Part shown: one piece after another, positions 18,398 to 27,960 of the stretch
Numbering within the stretch: the first letter of the stretch is position 1
Layout: every line of letters starts with the position of its first letter
IMG/VR virus record: IMGVR_UViG_2579778884_000014
Origin: a virus
Taxonomy: Duplodnaviria; Heunggongvirae; Uroviricota; Caudoviricetes
Direction: 5' to 3' (one strand)
DNA length: 41,415 nucleotides
Translations under genes and position numbers: made by a program
Notes under the pieces: model-generated
The model's input: only the letters and a program-made list of their open reading frames with translations
What the model was told of the DNA's origin: nothing
Databases searched by the model: none

Positions 18398-19171
18398 TCA
18401 GGCGGGATAAGAATGGGAGGAGGGAAAAACGATTTCTTTATAACAGCGACAATTCGGGAGCTCGCCAGCGTGACCGGTCATGCCATCAAGCGTTGGAGGT
18501 TTGCCCCATTCGACAAATTTACCTTCCATTTCCCGATGAGAATGCCTGACGTCACCATCTTCGGCTGTACGCCAGATATAACCATTCGAACCAATTGACA
18601 GCGCACGCGCCTGATCCAGCGCGCCGGTTGCACGTCCAAGTTCAGTACGGGCAATCAGGTCAGCTCTGGACTTTGCTATATCACCCGATGCGGCTATTTC
18701 TTTAGCAAAATGTTCCGCTCTCCCACCGGTAACAACAGCTTCTATCGCCCGATTCTGGATGTCGTACACCCTGTCAGCCGCCTCGAGGGGGAGCGATTTG
18801 ATGTACTTAACCTGTTCAGCAACGATGGATTTCATCACCTGCCCTGGAGGGGCACTGTTTACCAGATTGCGTAGCTCACGGCTGATGGTTTTGCTGTGTT
18901 TACGCCACTGCTCATCATTCTTGCGCACAATGTCGGCGGTAAAGTTTTCCGCGACCTTTGTCGCCCAGGGGGTTATGATTTCACTGTAGCGTTCCAGCGC
19001 CTCAATAATTTCCGTGATACTGTCATTTGAACCATCGTAGCGACCATTTACGATGTCTCCGACCGCCCGCGCTATCCTGCGTAGGCTGGTTCGATAGCGG
19101 ATTTCCGCCTGACGGTTCCTGCGGTTCGTCATCAGGTTCGCCGATGCCGGGCGGCGCTTCGTCTTCGGCAT
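18398..19171 (-). CDS. Minor head protein (Mu F / SPP1 gp7 family)
   Basis: Contains ...ARTELGRATGALDQARALSIGSNGYIWRTAEDGDVRHSHREMEGKF...LPNCRC..., which I recall as the Mu F-like head morphogenesis domain. True start may be an internal Met, since the track ORF overlaps the portal 3-prime end by about 150 nt. Confidence 0.7.
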   Translation of the reverse strand: MPKTKRRPASANLMTNRRNRQAEIRYRTSLRRIARAVGDIVNGRYDGSNDSITEIIEALERYSEIITPWATKVAENFTADIVRKNDEQWRKHSKTISRELRNLVNSAPPGQVMKSIVAEQVKYIKSLPLEAADRVYDIQNRAIEAVVTGGRAEHFAKEIAASGDIAKSRADLIARTELGRATGALDQARALSIGSNGYIWRTAEDGDVRHSHREMEGKFVEWGKPPTLDGMTGHAGELPNCRCYKEIVFPSSHSYPA

Positions 19172-20489
19172 TCTCGATGTCCTCGTCGGTAATGGATGCC
19201 CCGATGCCGGTTACGTCAGAATTTTCGCGCAAATCGGTCATAGCGGCTTTCAGTGTCATCAGACCATCACCCAGCGCTGTACTGATTGCGTTGGTGGTGT
19301 TTAACGCCACCGTTGAGCGATCGACATCAGACATTTGCCAGAGCGGGTTAAACTCAAACGTGAAATCGTCCGGCAGCGGCTTGCCAAGTTCCGAACGATG
19401 CATGATGTCCAGTATCCGCCGCACCGGAAGACGTAAACGTCTCTCCTGCAACGAGCTTACCCGATCGTAATAGTTGGCAAGGTCTGCATCGCCGGTAGAA
19501 AATCCTTTCGGGGACTGTCCGAACAACCGCACCAGTGGGATACCAACAGCGCCACTAATCTGTTCTGCAAACTGTGAAAGGATGTCATCCAGACCACTGA
19601 AGCTGTACTGATGGGTTTCAAACTTATCCCGCGAGTCCATGAGCGTCATGCCTTCATTACTCTGGAACTGTCGAATCAGGTCGATATTCTTCAGCAACGC
19701 TTCATACGCAGGACCACCAAGTGCGATAAGCTCGCGTAGCTTCTCCACGCTGTAGGTACGCAAATGCGCTTTGTAGACCAGCTGCGCCGCGCCGACAGTA
19801 GCGCTGTCGAACGCGGTAAGACGATCCCAGATACGCTCTACAACCGACATTCCCCATTCGTTCTCGGTCATCTTCTGCTGAAATGGCAGCGTGACGCCAT
19901 CAAAGCGAATCAGTCGACTGTGATGAATGCGCCAGGCAGGAATTCCCGTTGCTGTGGTCACCACATCGTAAAACTCAGGTTTACCCAGGTCCGGCCCCAT
20001 ATCTTTAATGCGGCGGGTCAGTACCGGGTCAATCATCCAGCGGTCGAGCGGGAGAATCCCCTTAAACTTGCCCTTACCGATGGTTTCGGGTCGCAGCGGG
20101 GTCATTGGTGCCTGCCCCTCAATCATGATGAAACCCACCGCGCCGCCGTAGAGGCGCGACCATTTCAGCACGTCATTCAGCGCATCCCAGATTTGCAACT
20201 CATCCAGTTGTGATTCGAGAATGCCGCGATCTTTTGCATCAATTTCCGAAGTGATGCGAATGCCTTTGCGGGTCATATCATCCGGGATAGCATCGACCGC
20301 TTCGCCGATGATCCAGGACGAACGATAGGACCATTCCACCAGCATGCGGTTACGACTGGTGAAATTAGCCCGGTAGGTGGATGCTGAGTGCTGGTTAGGT
20401 GTCTGCATCCCTACGCGGGCAATAAAATTCTCATAACCATCAGCTGTGGCCTGCGCAGTTCGCCGCAGGGCTTGTTTGTTTCGTGCCAT
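19023..20489 (-). CDS. Portal protein
   Basis: 488 aa ORF immediately downstream of the large terminase (ATGA overlap), acidic C-terminus. Confidence 0.65.
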   Translation of the reverse strand: MARNKQALRRTAQATADGYENFIARVGMQTPNQHSASTYRANFTSRNRMLVEWSYRSSWIIGEAVDAIPDDMTRKGIRITSEIDAKDRGILESQLDELQIWDALNDVLKWSRLYGGAVGFIMIEGQAPMTPLRPETIGKGKFKGILPLDRWMIDPVLTRRIKDMGPDLGKPEFYDVVTTATGIPAWRIHHSRLIRFDGVTLPFQQKMTENEWGMSVVERIWDRLTAFDSATVGAAQLVYKAHLRTYSVEKLRELIALGGPAYEALLKNIDLIRQFQSNEGMTLMDSRDKFETHQYSFSGLDDILSQFAEQISGAVGIPLVRLFGQSPKGFSTGDADLANYYDRVSSLQERRLRLPVRRILDIMHRSELGKPLPDDFTFEFNPLWQMSDVDRSTVALNTTNAISTALGDGLMTLKAAMTDLRENSDVTGIGASITDEDIENAEDEAPPGIGEPDDEPQEPSGGNPLSNQPTQDSAGGRRHRKWSLRWFK

Positions 20490-22111
20490 CAGGCCTGTCT
20501 CCCTAGCAGCTCCCAGATGTTCAGGGCTGAATTCATTGGGGCATAGTTGATCATCACCGAGTCGGCAAGGTTTGGCGATCGGGTTCCATCAGGCTGTTTA
20601 TCAATAACTATTTTTCCCACACCATTAATGGAATAGGTCGGCTGCGAAAGCTCGATGATGAGTTTATCTTTGAGTGCCATGCTACTGCTGATTGAGATGA
20701 TTTCGTCCGGGTTGTAAGCCATACCTTCAACCACGGCGCGCCAGGTATTCTGAAAAAGTTTACGTAACCGCCACCAGCTCTGGGCTTTGGCGTTAGCGAA
20801 GAAGTCCTTGTTCAGACGTGCGGCTTGCCCGTTGTCCCCGCGAACAGCTTCATCATCCGGATCAAATACCGCGCCACTACCTCGAAACGGTGTGGCAAGT
20901 ATTGACGGTCGACGCGCAGCGTTACGCAGTTCGTTGATAGCGCGTGCATCGCCGCGAACGCCAGCGCCCAGCCCGTCCTCGTCAAAGCGAAACTCTTCGA
21001 GGTTGTCCTGTTCGCAAAAGCCGAAAACATTCTCGACGGACTGATAAATGTCGCTGCCCACACCGGACCATTCCCGCACATTTTCCAGGAGGAAGCCATG
21101 ACGGGTGGAAAAGGCATTTTTGTCCCTGCCTTCGTCGGCGACATCCATCGCGCCAAGTCGTTTGCCTGTTGGCTGGATACCCAGTTTGATATGCGCATCA
21201 ACGGCAGCCTGTACCCATTCGGATGGAATCAGGACGCCTTCCGCTGATGCGCTGTAGTTCAGATCAAGTTCCTGTGCCACCACCACCGGATTATCGATTT
21301 TCTCGCATTCCCTGCGATACCACTCTTCATCCTTGCGAGGATCATCCCGCCAGTGGAATGTGAATACCGGTATCTTCCCGCCATGACGCTTCTGAGCGAA
21401 CGGGTTAGCCATGCCGTTAACTGAACTCAGGTCGATACGGCAACGCGTCGTTTGTGACAACGCCGCATCAATCAGCAGAGGACGCTGAAGGAATGCAGCC
21501 TCATCAACCAGATAAAGCGTGGTACGGTCACCACGACCAATATTATCGCCAGCCTCGCCTTTGATAACGGCACCAGTTTCAGGAAACTCAACACGCATAT
21601 ATGGCGCGTGCTTCTTCTCGCTCCACGAACCGCGAAACTCTACAGGCAGTGTTTCCACGAACTTGCGCGCCTTCCAGAACAATGCTTTCGGGTCACCGGT
21701 GCTGTCGACGTATTCCTCTTTACGGGAGCCGAAACCGATAACCATTTCTTTGTTGAAGAGACAAAGCGAGCAGGCCAGTCCGATCGCGGTCCAACTGAGC
21801 CCCATTTCACGGGATTTTTCGGTAATACCATTCTCCCGATTGCCCCAGCGTTCCATAATCCAGTAGATCCACTCCTCCTGCTTAGGGAAGAGTAAAAACG
21901 GAATGGTCACCGGCAGGCCATAATCAATATTACGCGGGTCCGTTGTCATGCCCCAGTCGATGATGAACTGAGCCGGATTGGTTCGGTAAAACTGTTTTAG
22001 TGCAGGCAATATTTCAGGATTCTGGCGAATGCGCTGTAGGCGTTCCATCCGCCATTCAAAAACCATCTGGTAATCAGGATGTTTAAAATCGAAGGGGAAT
22101 GGTAACGGCAT
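20489..22111 (-). CDS. Terminase large subunit
   Basis: 540 aa; ATPase Walker B-like ...[11 protein letters not shown]... and a C-terminal nuclease-sized domain; follows the small subunit with a 3 nt gap. Confidence 0.85.
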   Translation of the reverse strand: MPLPFPFDFKHPDYQMVFEWRMERLQRIRQNPEILPALKQFYRTNPAQFIIDWGMTTDPRNIDYGLPVTIPFLLFPKQEEWIYWIMERWGNRENGITEKSREMGLSWTAIGLACSLCLFNKEMVIGFGSRKEEYVDSTGDPKALFWKARKFVETLPVEFRGSWSEKKHAPYMRVEFPETGAVIKGEAGDNIGRGDRTTLYLVDEAAFLQRPLLIDAALSQTTRCRIDLSSVNGMANPFAQKRHGGKIPVFTFHWRDDPRKDEEWYRRECEKIDNPVVVAQELDLNYSASAEGVLIPSEWVQAAVDAHIKLGIQPTGKRLGAMDVADEGRDKNAFSTRHGFLLENVREWSGVGSDIYQSVENVFGFCEQDNLEEFRFDEDGLGAGVRGDARAINELRNAARRPSILATPFRGSGAVFDPDDEAVRGDNGQAARLNKDFFANAKAQSWWRLRKLFQNTWRAVVEGMAYNPDEIISISSSMALKDKLIIELSQPTYSINGVGKIVIDKQPDGTRSPNLADSVMINYAPMNSALNIWELLGRQA

Positions 22112-22113
22112 AC

Positions 22114-22686
22114 TTAGCCCATCATTTTTCTATACGCCTCTGCAGCCTGCTCCGGCGTTAAGTTGGTAATTTCTGTTCTGACTGGTCCTCCATCAGCGCC
22201 AGTCACTTCATTTTTGACGTTGTCTTTAAACGCCTGAACAGAAACATGACGCCCAAGCAACTCAAGGTTTTTAACCTTATCAGGCCACTTAATCTTTTTA
22301 AGGATCCCGACCATTTCTCTGTCATCTCCTCGCCCCTCAAACATTTCAGCGAGGTTAAATCCACTCAGGTACCGACGCCACGATTCCGGCCACGCAGACA
22401 GAGGCTTAATACTTAAATCGTCCTCCAGGATGTCAGCCACATCGAGCCTGTCGATCTCAACCAGTCGCATCAGCACATAATTCGCATCAATGCCCAGTTG
22501 ATCAATACGCTCCTGCTTTAGCTCGTTGATGCGGGCGCGTATCTCAGGTTTACCGTATAGTTCAGCCCCCGTAACATGTGCTCGCCTGGAGGCGTAGCCT
22601 GCGCGAATAGCTGCTTGTGTAGCATTCAGATCGACAAGAAACTCGCGACAAAACACCTCGTGTTTTGCTTTCAGCTTCTTAGTCAT
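22114..22686 (-). CDS. Terminase small subunit (P27-like family)
   Basis: 190 aa; N-terminal ...[25 protein letters not shown]... matches the P27-type small terminase signature as I recall it. Confidence 0.7.
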   Translation of the reverse strand: MTKKLKAKHEVFCREFLVDLNATQAAIRAGYASRRAHVTGAELYGKPEIRARINELKQERIDQLGIDANYVLMRLVEIDRLDVADILEDDLSIKPLSAWPESWRRYLSGFNLAEMFEGRGDDREMVGILKKIKWPDKVKNLELLGRHVSVQAFKDNVKNEVTGADGGPVRTEITNLTPEQAAEAYRKMMG

Positions 22687-22747
22687 TTTATTTTCCAGTT
22701 ATCAGGTCATTATCGAAGCCCCTCCTGGAAGAGCTTCTGTAATGCTA

Positions 22748-23272
22748 TTACCGGGACTGTTCTATTTGTCGGACACCAGCCAACTGGTTATTCGCCTTCT
22801 CGATGGCTGCCAACAGTGGGTTAATCCACAGAACAGCCTGGCAATATGTCAACGTTCTGGGGGTAGTGGCACGATCACCGGCTGAGTCAATGTCCCCGGA
22901 ATCGGCGTGCAATGCGCTGGCGCGTAAACGGTTCGCGTAGTTGAGCAACCCGACAGCAATATCAACAGGAACAGGGAAATCACAGTTCTTTTCACGGAGC
23001 AGAACCTCACGGTATTTGATGACTGTCTTCTCGTGACCGATGTCGACCAGAGAATTTAATCGGCTTGCGTTTTCTGCTATCTGGTTAAAACGATTGAAGT
23101 TTAATGCCTGATTAGCTATCACTTTCCCTTGATATTCAGCTTCACCTTCCGCTTTATCAGCCCGCAACTTTTCTGCCTGATACTTGCTGTGGTAATGGTT
23201 TGCAGACCAGACGAGCGCCCCAAAGGCAGAGAAGAAAAATGCCGCGATGACAATCTTATAAGTCAGCTTCAT
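22748..23272 (-). CDS. Rz-like inner-membrane spanin
   Basis: 174 aa with N-terminal membrane anchor; ...LVWSANHYHSKYQAEKLRAD... resembles the lambda Rz N-terminus (...WAVNHYRD...); overlaps the endolysin 3-prime end. Confidence 0.6.
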   Translation of the reverse strand: MKLTYKIVIAAFFFSAFGALVWSANHYHSKYQAEKLRADKAEGEAEYQGKVIANQALNFNRFNQIAENASRLNSLVDIGHEKTVIKYREVLLREKNCDFPVPVDIAVGLLNYANRLRASALHADSGDIDSAGDRATTPRTLTYCQAVLWINPLLAAIEKANNQLAGVRQIEQSR

Positions 23273-23732
23273 TTACCACCCCACCAGCATCTTTAAACCT
23301 GGAAATCAGGTCACCGATTTTATGTTCATACTGACCGTAACCTGCACCAGGTAACGACGCCCAGATATTGCTGCAACGGTCGATTGCCTGACGAATATCG
23401 CCACGGTCAATCATCGGTAAAGCGCCACGCTCTTTAATCTGCTGCAGCGCCACAGCGTCCTGACTTTCTGGCGAAAAATCTTTCAGGCCAAGCTGCTTAC
23501 GGTAGGCATCCCACCAGCGTGAAAGAAGCTGATACCGGCCTGCGGCTGTTGATTTAAGCTTCGGGTTTAGCGTGACAAGTTTGCGAGGGTGATCGGAGTA
23601 ATCAGTGAACAACTCACCTCCGACAATAACGTCATAACCGTGATTACGTGTCGGTTGTCGCCCGTTATCCGTTCCTTCTGACCATGCCACCATATCCAGG
23701 AAAGCTTTACGTTGGGAATTTAGTGTCTGCAT
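23256..23732 (-). CDS. R: Endolysin, lambda R-type lytic transglycosylase
   Basis: 158 aa; ...NSQRKAFLDMVAWSEGTDNGRQPTRNHGYDVIVGGELFTDYSDHPRKLVTLNPKLKSTAAGRYQLLSRWWDAYRKQLGLKDF... is near-identical over long stretches to lambda R as I recall it. Confidence 0.9.
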   Translation of the reverse strand: MQTLNSQRKAFLDMVAWSEGTDNGRQPTRNHGYDVIVGGELFTDYSDHPRKLVTLNPKLKSTAAGRYQLLSRWWDAYRKQLGLKDFSPESQDAVALQQIKERGALPMIDRGDIRQAIDRCSNIWASLPGAGYGQYEHKIGDLISRFKDAGGVVNEADL

Positions 23733-23735
23733 GAA

Positions 23736-24077
23736 TTACTCCTTAGAGCCACCAAACTTGTTACCGATTACTCGCATTGCAGCCCCACGAATAGCATCGA
23801 CACCGATCAGCCCAACACCACCACCAATGGCAACAGAAAGCGATTTAGGCCATCCAACATACTCAAGAGCGGATGCAAAGGTCAGCGTCAGAGCACCACA
23901 GAGCAAAATCTCAAGCGTTTTTCGTTTCCAGCCGCCGCCACCGCCAAAATAGGCAATGCGCAAACCAGCCATAACAATTGACATAACCACTGCGCCCAAC
24001 GGCGTATCTCCACGCCACCAACTTTGTAAGAGTTCCAGTAAGTCAGGCCAGGAATGAGGAGCATTGTGCATTTTCAT
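23736..24077 (-). CDS. Holin (class I-like, dual-start MKM motif)
   Basis: Starts ATG-AAA-ATG behind a GGAGGTG Shine-Dalgarno, like lambda S107/S105; three predicted transmembrane segments and a charged C-terminus. The track ORF extends further upstream without a ribosome-binding site. Confidence 0.7.
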   Translation of the reverse strand: MKMHNAPHSWPDLLELLQSWWRGDTPLGAVVMSIVMAGLRIAYFGGGGGWKRKTLEILLCGALTLTFASALEYVGWPKSLSVAIGGGVGLIGVDAIRGAAMRVIGNKFGGSKE

Positions 24078-24380
24078 ACTTCCCACCTCCGCCATTACGG
24101 GGTGTTGTTGAAAGGCGGGCCCTGAATACAAAAAAAAGTTCGCCATAGCGAACCTTGTTAAATTTGTTAAAAAAGGAGGTTATTTAACATAATGTATGTT
24201 ATAGGAACCACACGATCCCCGCTCGCAATAGATTTGCGATGAAAGGCCTATTTAATCAACTTAAGTGGTCCAGAATGACGAAATTCGAGTGAATAAAAGG
24301 TGCATAAAAAAGGGCAAAAACTGCATAGCGTTTTTTCGCAGCGAAAGCCCTGTTTTATTAACTTTTCCCCAGAATGGGGC

Positions 24381-24407
24381 AATAAAAAAGGCCCCCTTGC
24401 GGAAGCC
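24381..24407 (-). terminator. Intrinsic terminator (tR-prime-like) between the Q-proximal ORF and the lysis genes
   Basis: Minus-strand RNA folds GGCUUCC-GCAA-GGGGGCC (two G-U wobbles, GNRA loop) followed by UUUUUUAUU. Confidence 0.5.
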
Positions 24408-24474
24408 TCTTCGTGATGAACTGTTTTCAACGGATATCAGGCTAATCGGCTTTTTGGAATTCCACAACTATTTT

Positions 24475-24816
24475 TTATCTTACCTTGATGCCTGATGCCG
24501 TCAGATGTTTACGACAGTCCTGAATACCTTCGTTATAACCCGCATCGTAGAAGCTATCCGGCTTTGCCTTCAGCGCAGGAAGCGTAACGCTGGTAGCTCT
24601 TCGTTCGGCCAGAACACCTGCCTGAAAGAGTGTCCACATCAACTGAACTGCTGAATCACAGTAAGTAACATCTTCACTGTACAATTCTCGTTCAATCCTG
24701 ATGCCAAGTTGAGCCTTCATTGATGCGCTAATATTACCTTTGACCTGCAACGACAGGTCTGGGTACCTCTGTTCCATGAAGCTTTCAAATCTGTTGCGAA
24801 CGCTGATCAGAGCCAT
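24475..24816 (-). CDS. Hypothetical protein in the Q-to-lysis slot
   Basis: 113 aa ORF 31 nt downstream of Q with an AAGGGA Shine-Dalgarno; no recognisable motif. Confidence 0.55.
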   Translation of the reverse strand: MALISVRNRFESFMEQRYPDLSLQVKGNISASMKAQLGIRIERELYSEDVTYCDSAVQLMWTLFQAGVLAERRATSVTLPALKAKPDSFYDAGYNEGIQDCRKHLTASGIKVR

Positions 24817-24847
24817 CTGGTTCCCTTACGTGATTGATTGCTGGATA

Positions 24848-25270
24848 TTATGCCGCCGAGCAGCTCCTACGCAAAGTCCTGATAGCCTGAGGCTTTGACT
24901 GAACCGACTGATCCATTTCGAGCACCACATCCAGCATGGCTAAGCAACCGTCAATAAATCCCTCTGCCGCCTGAAGCCTCTTCAGAACGTGGGTGTGAGA
25001 TACGCCGAGCTTCTCACCCATCGCCCGCACGGGCATGGCCTGGACGTAATGCCACTCAAGGAGCGTGCACAGATACGGATCTTTTTTCTTCAGGCAGCTC
25101 ATAGCGGAGTTGATGATAAGACCGTCATTGTCACTGCATTTCAGCCTTCCAGACTGCGTCGCGGGTAGCAGATTCTTAAACCCGGCTGCAACAGGAGGAA
25201 AGTAGACACTACCACCTTCACTCGCTGCCCAGCCACCCCAGCGCTCTAAAACCTGTTGAATATTACGCAT
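24848..25270 (-). CDS. Late-gene antiterminator Q (phage 82/21-type)
   Basis: 140 aa; N-terminus MRNIQQVLERWGGWAA... matches the Q-family signature (MR.IQ.VLERWG.WAA) as recalled; lies upstream of the lysis cassette. Confidence 0.8.
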   Translation of the reverse strand: MRNIQQVLERWGGWAASEGGSVYFPPVAAGFKNLLPATQSGRLKCSDNDGLIINSAMSCLKKKDPYLCTLLEWHYVQAMPVRAMGEKLGVSHTHVLKRLQAAEGFIDGCLAMLDVVLEMDQSVQSKPQAIRTLRRSCSAA

Positions 25271-25323
25271 AGCTCTGACCTCTACGTTTTGCTACGAAAA
25301 AATTTTCTGAGAACCACGTTTGT

Positions 25324-25344
25324 TTATCCGTGGGTGTGGATAAC
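25324..25344. promoter_or_regulatory. DnaA-box-like palindrome
   Basis: TGTGGATAA at 25335..25343 is a perfect DnaA box on the opposite strand; with TTATCC at 25324..25329 it forms GTTATCC-n8-GGATAAC. Confidence 0.35.
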
Positions 25345-25400
25345 GCAGTTCCGATTCGCTTATTACACGCTGTTATGTGCAAAAAATTCCTTGTTCGGCC

Positions 25401-25580
25401 TGTACCAACCTGTACCCACCTGTACCAGCTCTTTTCAAACCTTTTCCCCAAGCGACTTATATATATATATGGGGTTCTTAGTAATTAGGTTGGTACAGAT
25501 GGTACAGTTGGTACTGGCCTTTAAATTCAATTAGTTAAAATGTACCAACCTCTATTTTGAGGTTGGTACAGGTTGGGACA
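25401..25580. repeat. Iteron array with AT-rich spacer (putative replication origin)
   Basis: Three direct TGTACC(A/C)ACC-type copies (25401..25430), a (TA)n tract (25459..25470), three inverted copies (25488..25518), a perfect palindrome TGTACCAACCTC-TATTTT-GAGGTTGGTACA (25541..25570) overlapping the primase stop codon, and a degenerate GGTTGGGACA copy. Confidence 0.6.
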
Positions 25581-27744
25581 CCGCCTCAAAAATTCGAGTC
25601 ATTTTCCCCCCAATTCGCCTTTGGGCACGCTTATACCCGCAATTTTGCAAAACATTACTAATTCGCATTTCTTCGCGTTTTCCGATGCGGTCAGGATTTA
25701 GCCCAATCGCATCACGCAAAACATCACTTGCGCGTAAAAATTCGCAATTTCGCGGAAGTTCATTAGTCATCAGGTCTGGCGTGTCGAGCCATTTCTCTAC
25801 CGTTTCAAGCCAAGCATCCTTGATGGTGTACTGTTCATGGACACTCGCTGCCAGTTGTTCAGCCTCACGGAACTGGATACCCCCCAGACGCTGAAACACC
25901 TCACGAGCCTCAGCCCAAAGTAAAAGGAGATCTCTTTTTATCGCTTTCACGTCGACTTTCGACACTTCCACGGGGAGCCAGCGACGGTTACCAGTCTTGT
26001 CCGCAAGGAATTCGTCCTCATTGGTGGTACCAACGAACACCAGGCGACGAGGAAACTGGGTGGCGAACTCCCGGTATTTCGGGATCCAGTTTTCGTGAGT
26101 ACGCGTCACAAACGCTTTGATTGACTCCAGCTCTTTGGTATTAAGTCCGCGCAGTTCACCAATCTCTGCCACCAGCCGACCACGCATTTTTCGAGCGAGA
26201 TCATCGTCTTTTTCGGCAAAAGAGATTTCAGTAAAAAACGCAGGATCAGGGCTCAGTGCCTCCACTCCGGAAGACTTACCGCAGCCCTGCGGACCAACGA
26301 GGATCGGCACCATATCCGCTTTGATGCCTGGCTCCAGTACTCGCCCCGCCAACGCGGTCCACATGTACATAGACACCGCACGGGTATAAGGCGTGTCGGC
26401 GGTACCGAAGTGCGTATGGTAGAAACATTCGATGCGCGGCACGCCATCCCACTCCAGTCCGTTCAGCCAAGTGATCGCTGAATCGAATGGTTGTTCATCG
26501 GCTGCAAGTAACACCACATCGCGAATAAGTTCACGACCAACAGGTTTAAATCCCCGCTTTTCCATCGTGATGCGCAGGCGCGCATAATCCGCATCGGTGA
26601 ATGCCCGCCATTGTCCGGATCCTGCAGGGGCAAACATGATTTCGTCGCGGAACTGGTCAAAGCGAATATCGATGTCCACAAAATCAGGGCGTACTACTGC
26701 TTTGGCTGCGTTGCTGATTGTTGCCTCGATACGCCCCCATTTATCACGCTCGAAAGCAGGCAGCGGTAAAGGTTCCGCCACTTCGGTGCTGGTCAGATCT
26801 TCGAAATCGTCGTTGCGGATCCCGATGGCATTAAGGAAATCTCCGTCATCACGATGCGCACAACTGGCATGCAGGCATTTAAAATGCCCCTGCTCAAAGC
26901 CCGCGGTTCCCGCAGGAAAATAAACTGTGCTTGTTGGATCGCCCCCGCTACTGTGGCCGTCTTCAAACGGACAGCGGATATATCGTTCACCATTTGCGCC
27001 ATCCAGCAGCGTCCAGCCATTGGCATCAAGATATTCAGCTGTATCATCCGTCGCGCCGGGCGTGAATGCTGATCGGTCGCGCATCTTCGTGTTGCCCGCT
27101 TCGGTGGTTACCGACACAGGGAGTTGTTCAGCCAGGCGCTGCCACAGCGTTTCAAGCTGCTCACCAGTAATAGCCGGAGGTTCATCCGGCAAACCGCCGT
27201 CCCATTCAATACGCGCGCCGCTGCTGTGCGTACCGCAGGCAACGAACTGCTGCCCGTTCGCCAGCAACTCGATAATGCCCATATCCCCCGCCAGGCGATG
27301 GATACGCTTACGGAAATCACCATCAACGGCCAGCAGATACAGACACTTATTACTGTTTGCTCGCCAGCGTCGCGGCGGCAACTCACCCAGAAGTTGCACA
27401 AGCGTTTTGCGAATATCTGCCTGAATGTCTTCATCTTCGCTATCACAGTCCAGCGCCAGCCAGCCATGGCCTGTACGCACGCAGATGCCATAATCCGGTT
27501 CATTCGACCAGCGGGCAAAATCATGCTCAGTAACAACATGCCCGGTCCATTGAGCAATACCGGTGACCTGGCGGTCCCGGTTATAGCGACTCGGCGTCTT
27601 ACCCAACGCTTTCAGTTTACTATCAGGGGATATGGTCGCACTGGGGTTACATACAACTGGGAGAAGATGATCAGTTCTCCCCAATACCAGGTCGAAATGA
27701 AACCACTCATCAGGCGTAGCTCCCCATGGTTTGCTATCGGACAT
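25552..27744 (-). CDS. DNA primase-helicase (Prim-Pol-like N-terminus, VirE/D5-like P-loop C-terminus)
   Basis: 730 aa; Walker A ...VGPQGCGKSS..., Walker B-like ...RLVFVGTTNE..., cysteine/histidine cluster (CPFEDGH...CLHASCAH) typical of primase zinc-binding regions. Confidence 0.8.
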   Translation of the reverse strand: MSDSKPWGATPDEWFHFDLVLGRTDHLLPVVCNPSATISPDSKLKALGKTPSRYNRDRQVTGIAQWTGHVVTEHDFARWSNEPDYGICVRTGHGWLALDCDSEDEDIQADIRKTLVQLLGELPPRRWRANSNKCLYLLAVDGDFRKRIHRLAGDMGIIELLANGQQFVACGTHSSGARIEWDGGLPDEPPAITGEQLETLWQRLAEQLPVSVTTEAGNTKMRDRSAFTPGATDDTAEYLDANGWTLLDGANGERYIRCPFEDGHSSGGDPTSTVYFPAGTAGFEQGHFKCLHASCAHRDDGDFLNAIGIRNDDFEDLTSTEVAEPLPLPAFERDKWGRIEATISNAAKAVVRPDFVDIDIRFDQFRDEIMFAPAGSGQWRAFTDADYARLRITMEKRGFKPVGRELIRDVVLLAADEQPFDSAITWLNGLEWDGVPRIECFYHTHFGTADTPYTRAVSMYMWTALAGRVLEPGIKADMVPILVGPQGCGKSSGVEALSPDPAFFTEISFAEKDDDLARKMRGRLVAEIGELRGLNTKELESIKAFVTRTHENWIPKYREFATQFPRRLVFVGTTNEDEFLADKTGNRRWLPVEVSKVDVKAIKRDLLLLWAEAREVFQRLGGIQFREAEQLAASVHEQYTIKDAWLETVEKWLDTPDLMTNELPRNCEFLRASDVLRDAIGLNPDRIGKREEMRISNVLQNCGYKRAQRRIGGKMTRIFEAVSQPVPTSK

Positions 27745-27747
27745 GGG

Positions 27748-27960
27748 TTAAGCCTTTTTATCGTTTTGTGAGCCATACAACAGCCAATTAGGGTCGCAAT
27801 CCAATGCTATAGACATTTCAAGAAGATAACGTGGCCGAGCAATAACACCACTTTCAATTCTGTTTATTGCCTGCTGGCTCACTCCTGTGAGCTCAGCCAA
27901 CGTAACTTGCGTCATTTTGAGTTCTTTACGTCGTTCTTTTACTCGGGTCGCTAAGGTCAT
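27748..27960 (-). CDS. Cro-like HTH regulator
   Basis: 70 aa from the ATG at 27960 (GAGGTG Shine-Dalgarno; track start at 27978 is a TTG). HTH ...MTQVTLAELTGVSQQAINRIESG...; divergent from the CI-like gene and heading the leftward operon. Confidence 0.7.
   Translation of the reverse strand: MTLATRVKERRKELKMTQVTLAELTGVSQQAINRIESGVIARPRYLLEMSIALDCDPNWLLYGSQNDKKA

Noticed and set aside
24248-24495. Three small ORFs (60-76 aa) in the Q-lysis intergenic region
   Set aside because: They overlap the terminator hairpin and each other and have no ribosome-binding sites; the region is better explained as late promoter, leader and terminator.
25459-25470. (TA)6 microsatellite as an independent feature
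   Set aside because: Interpreted as the AT-rich unwinding element of the putative origin rather than a separate repeat feature.
25401-25580. Short repeats read as a possible CRISPR array
   Set aside because: Repeat unit is only about 10 bp, copies are in both orientations with irregular or no spacers, and no cas genes are present; fits iterons, not CRISPR.
26927-27771. Two overlapping plus-strand ORFs (165 and 215 aa) inside the primase-helicase gene
   Set aside because: Antisense to a gene with clear Walker motifs; Arg/Ser/Pro-rich composition typical of off-frame translation of GC-rich DNA.
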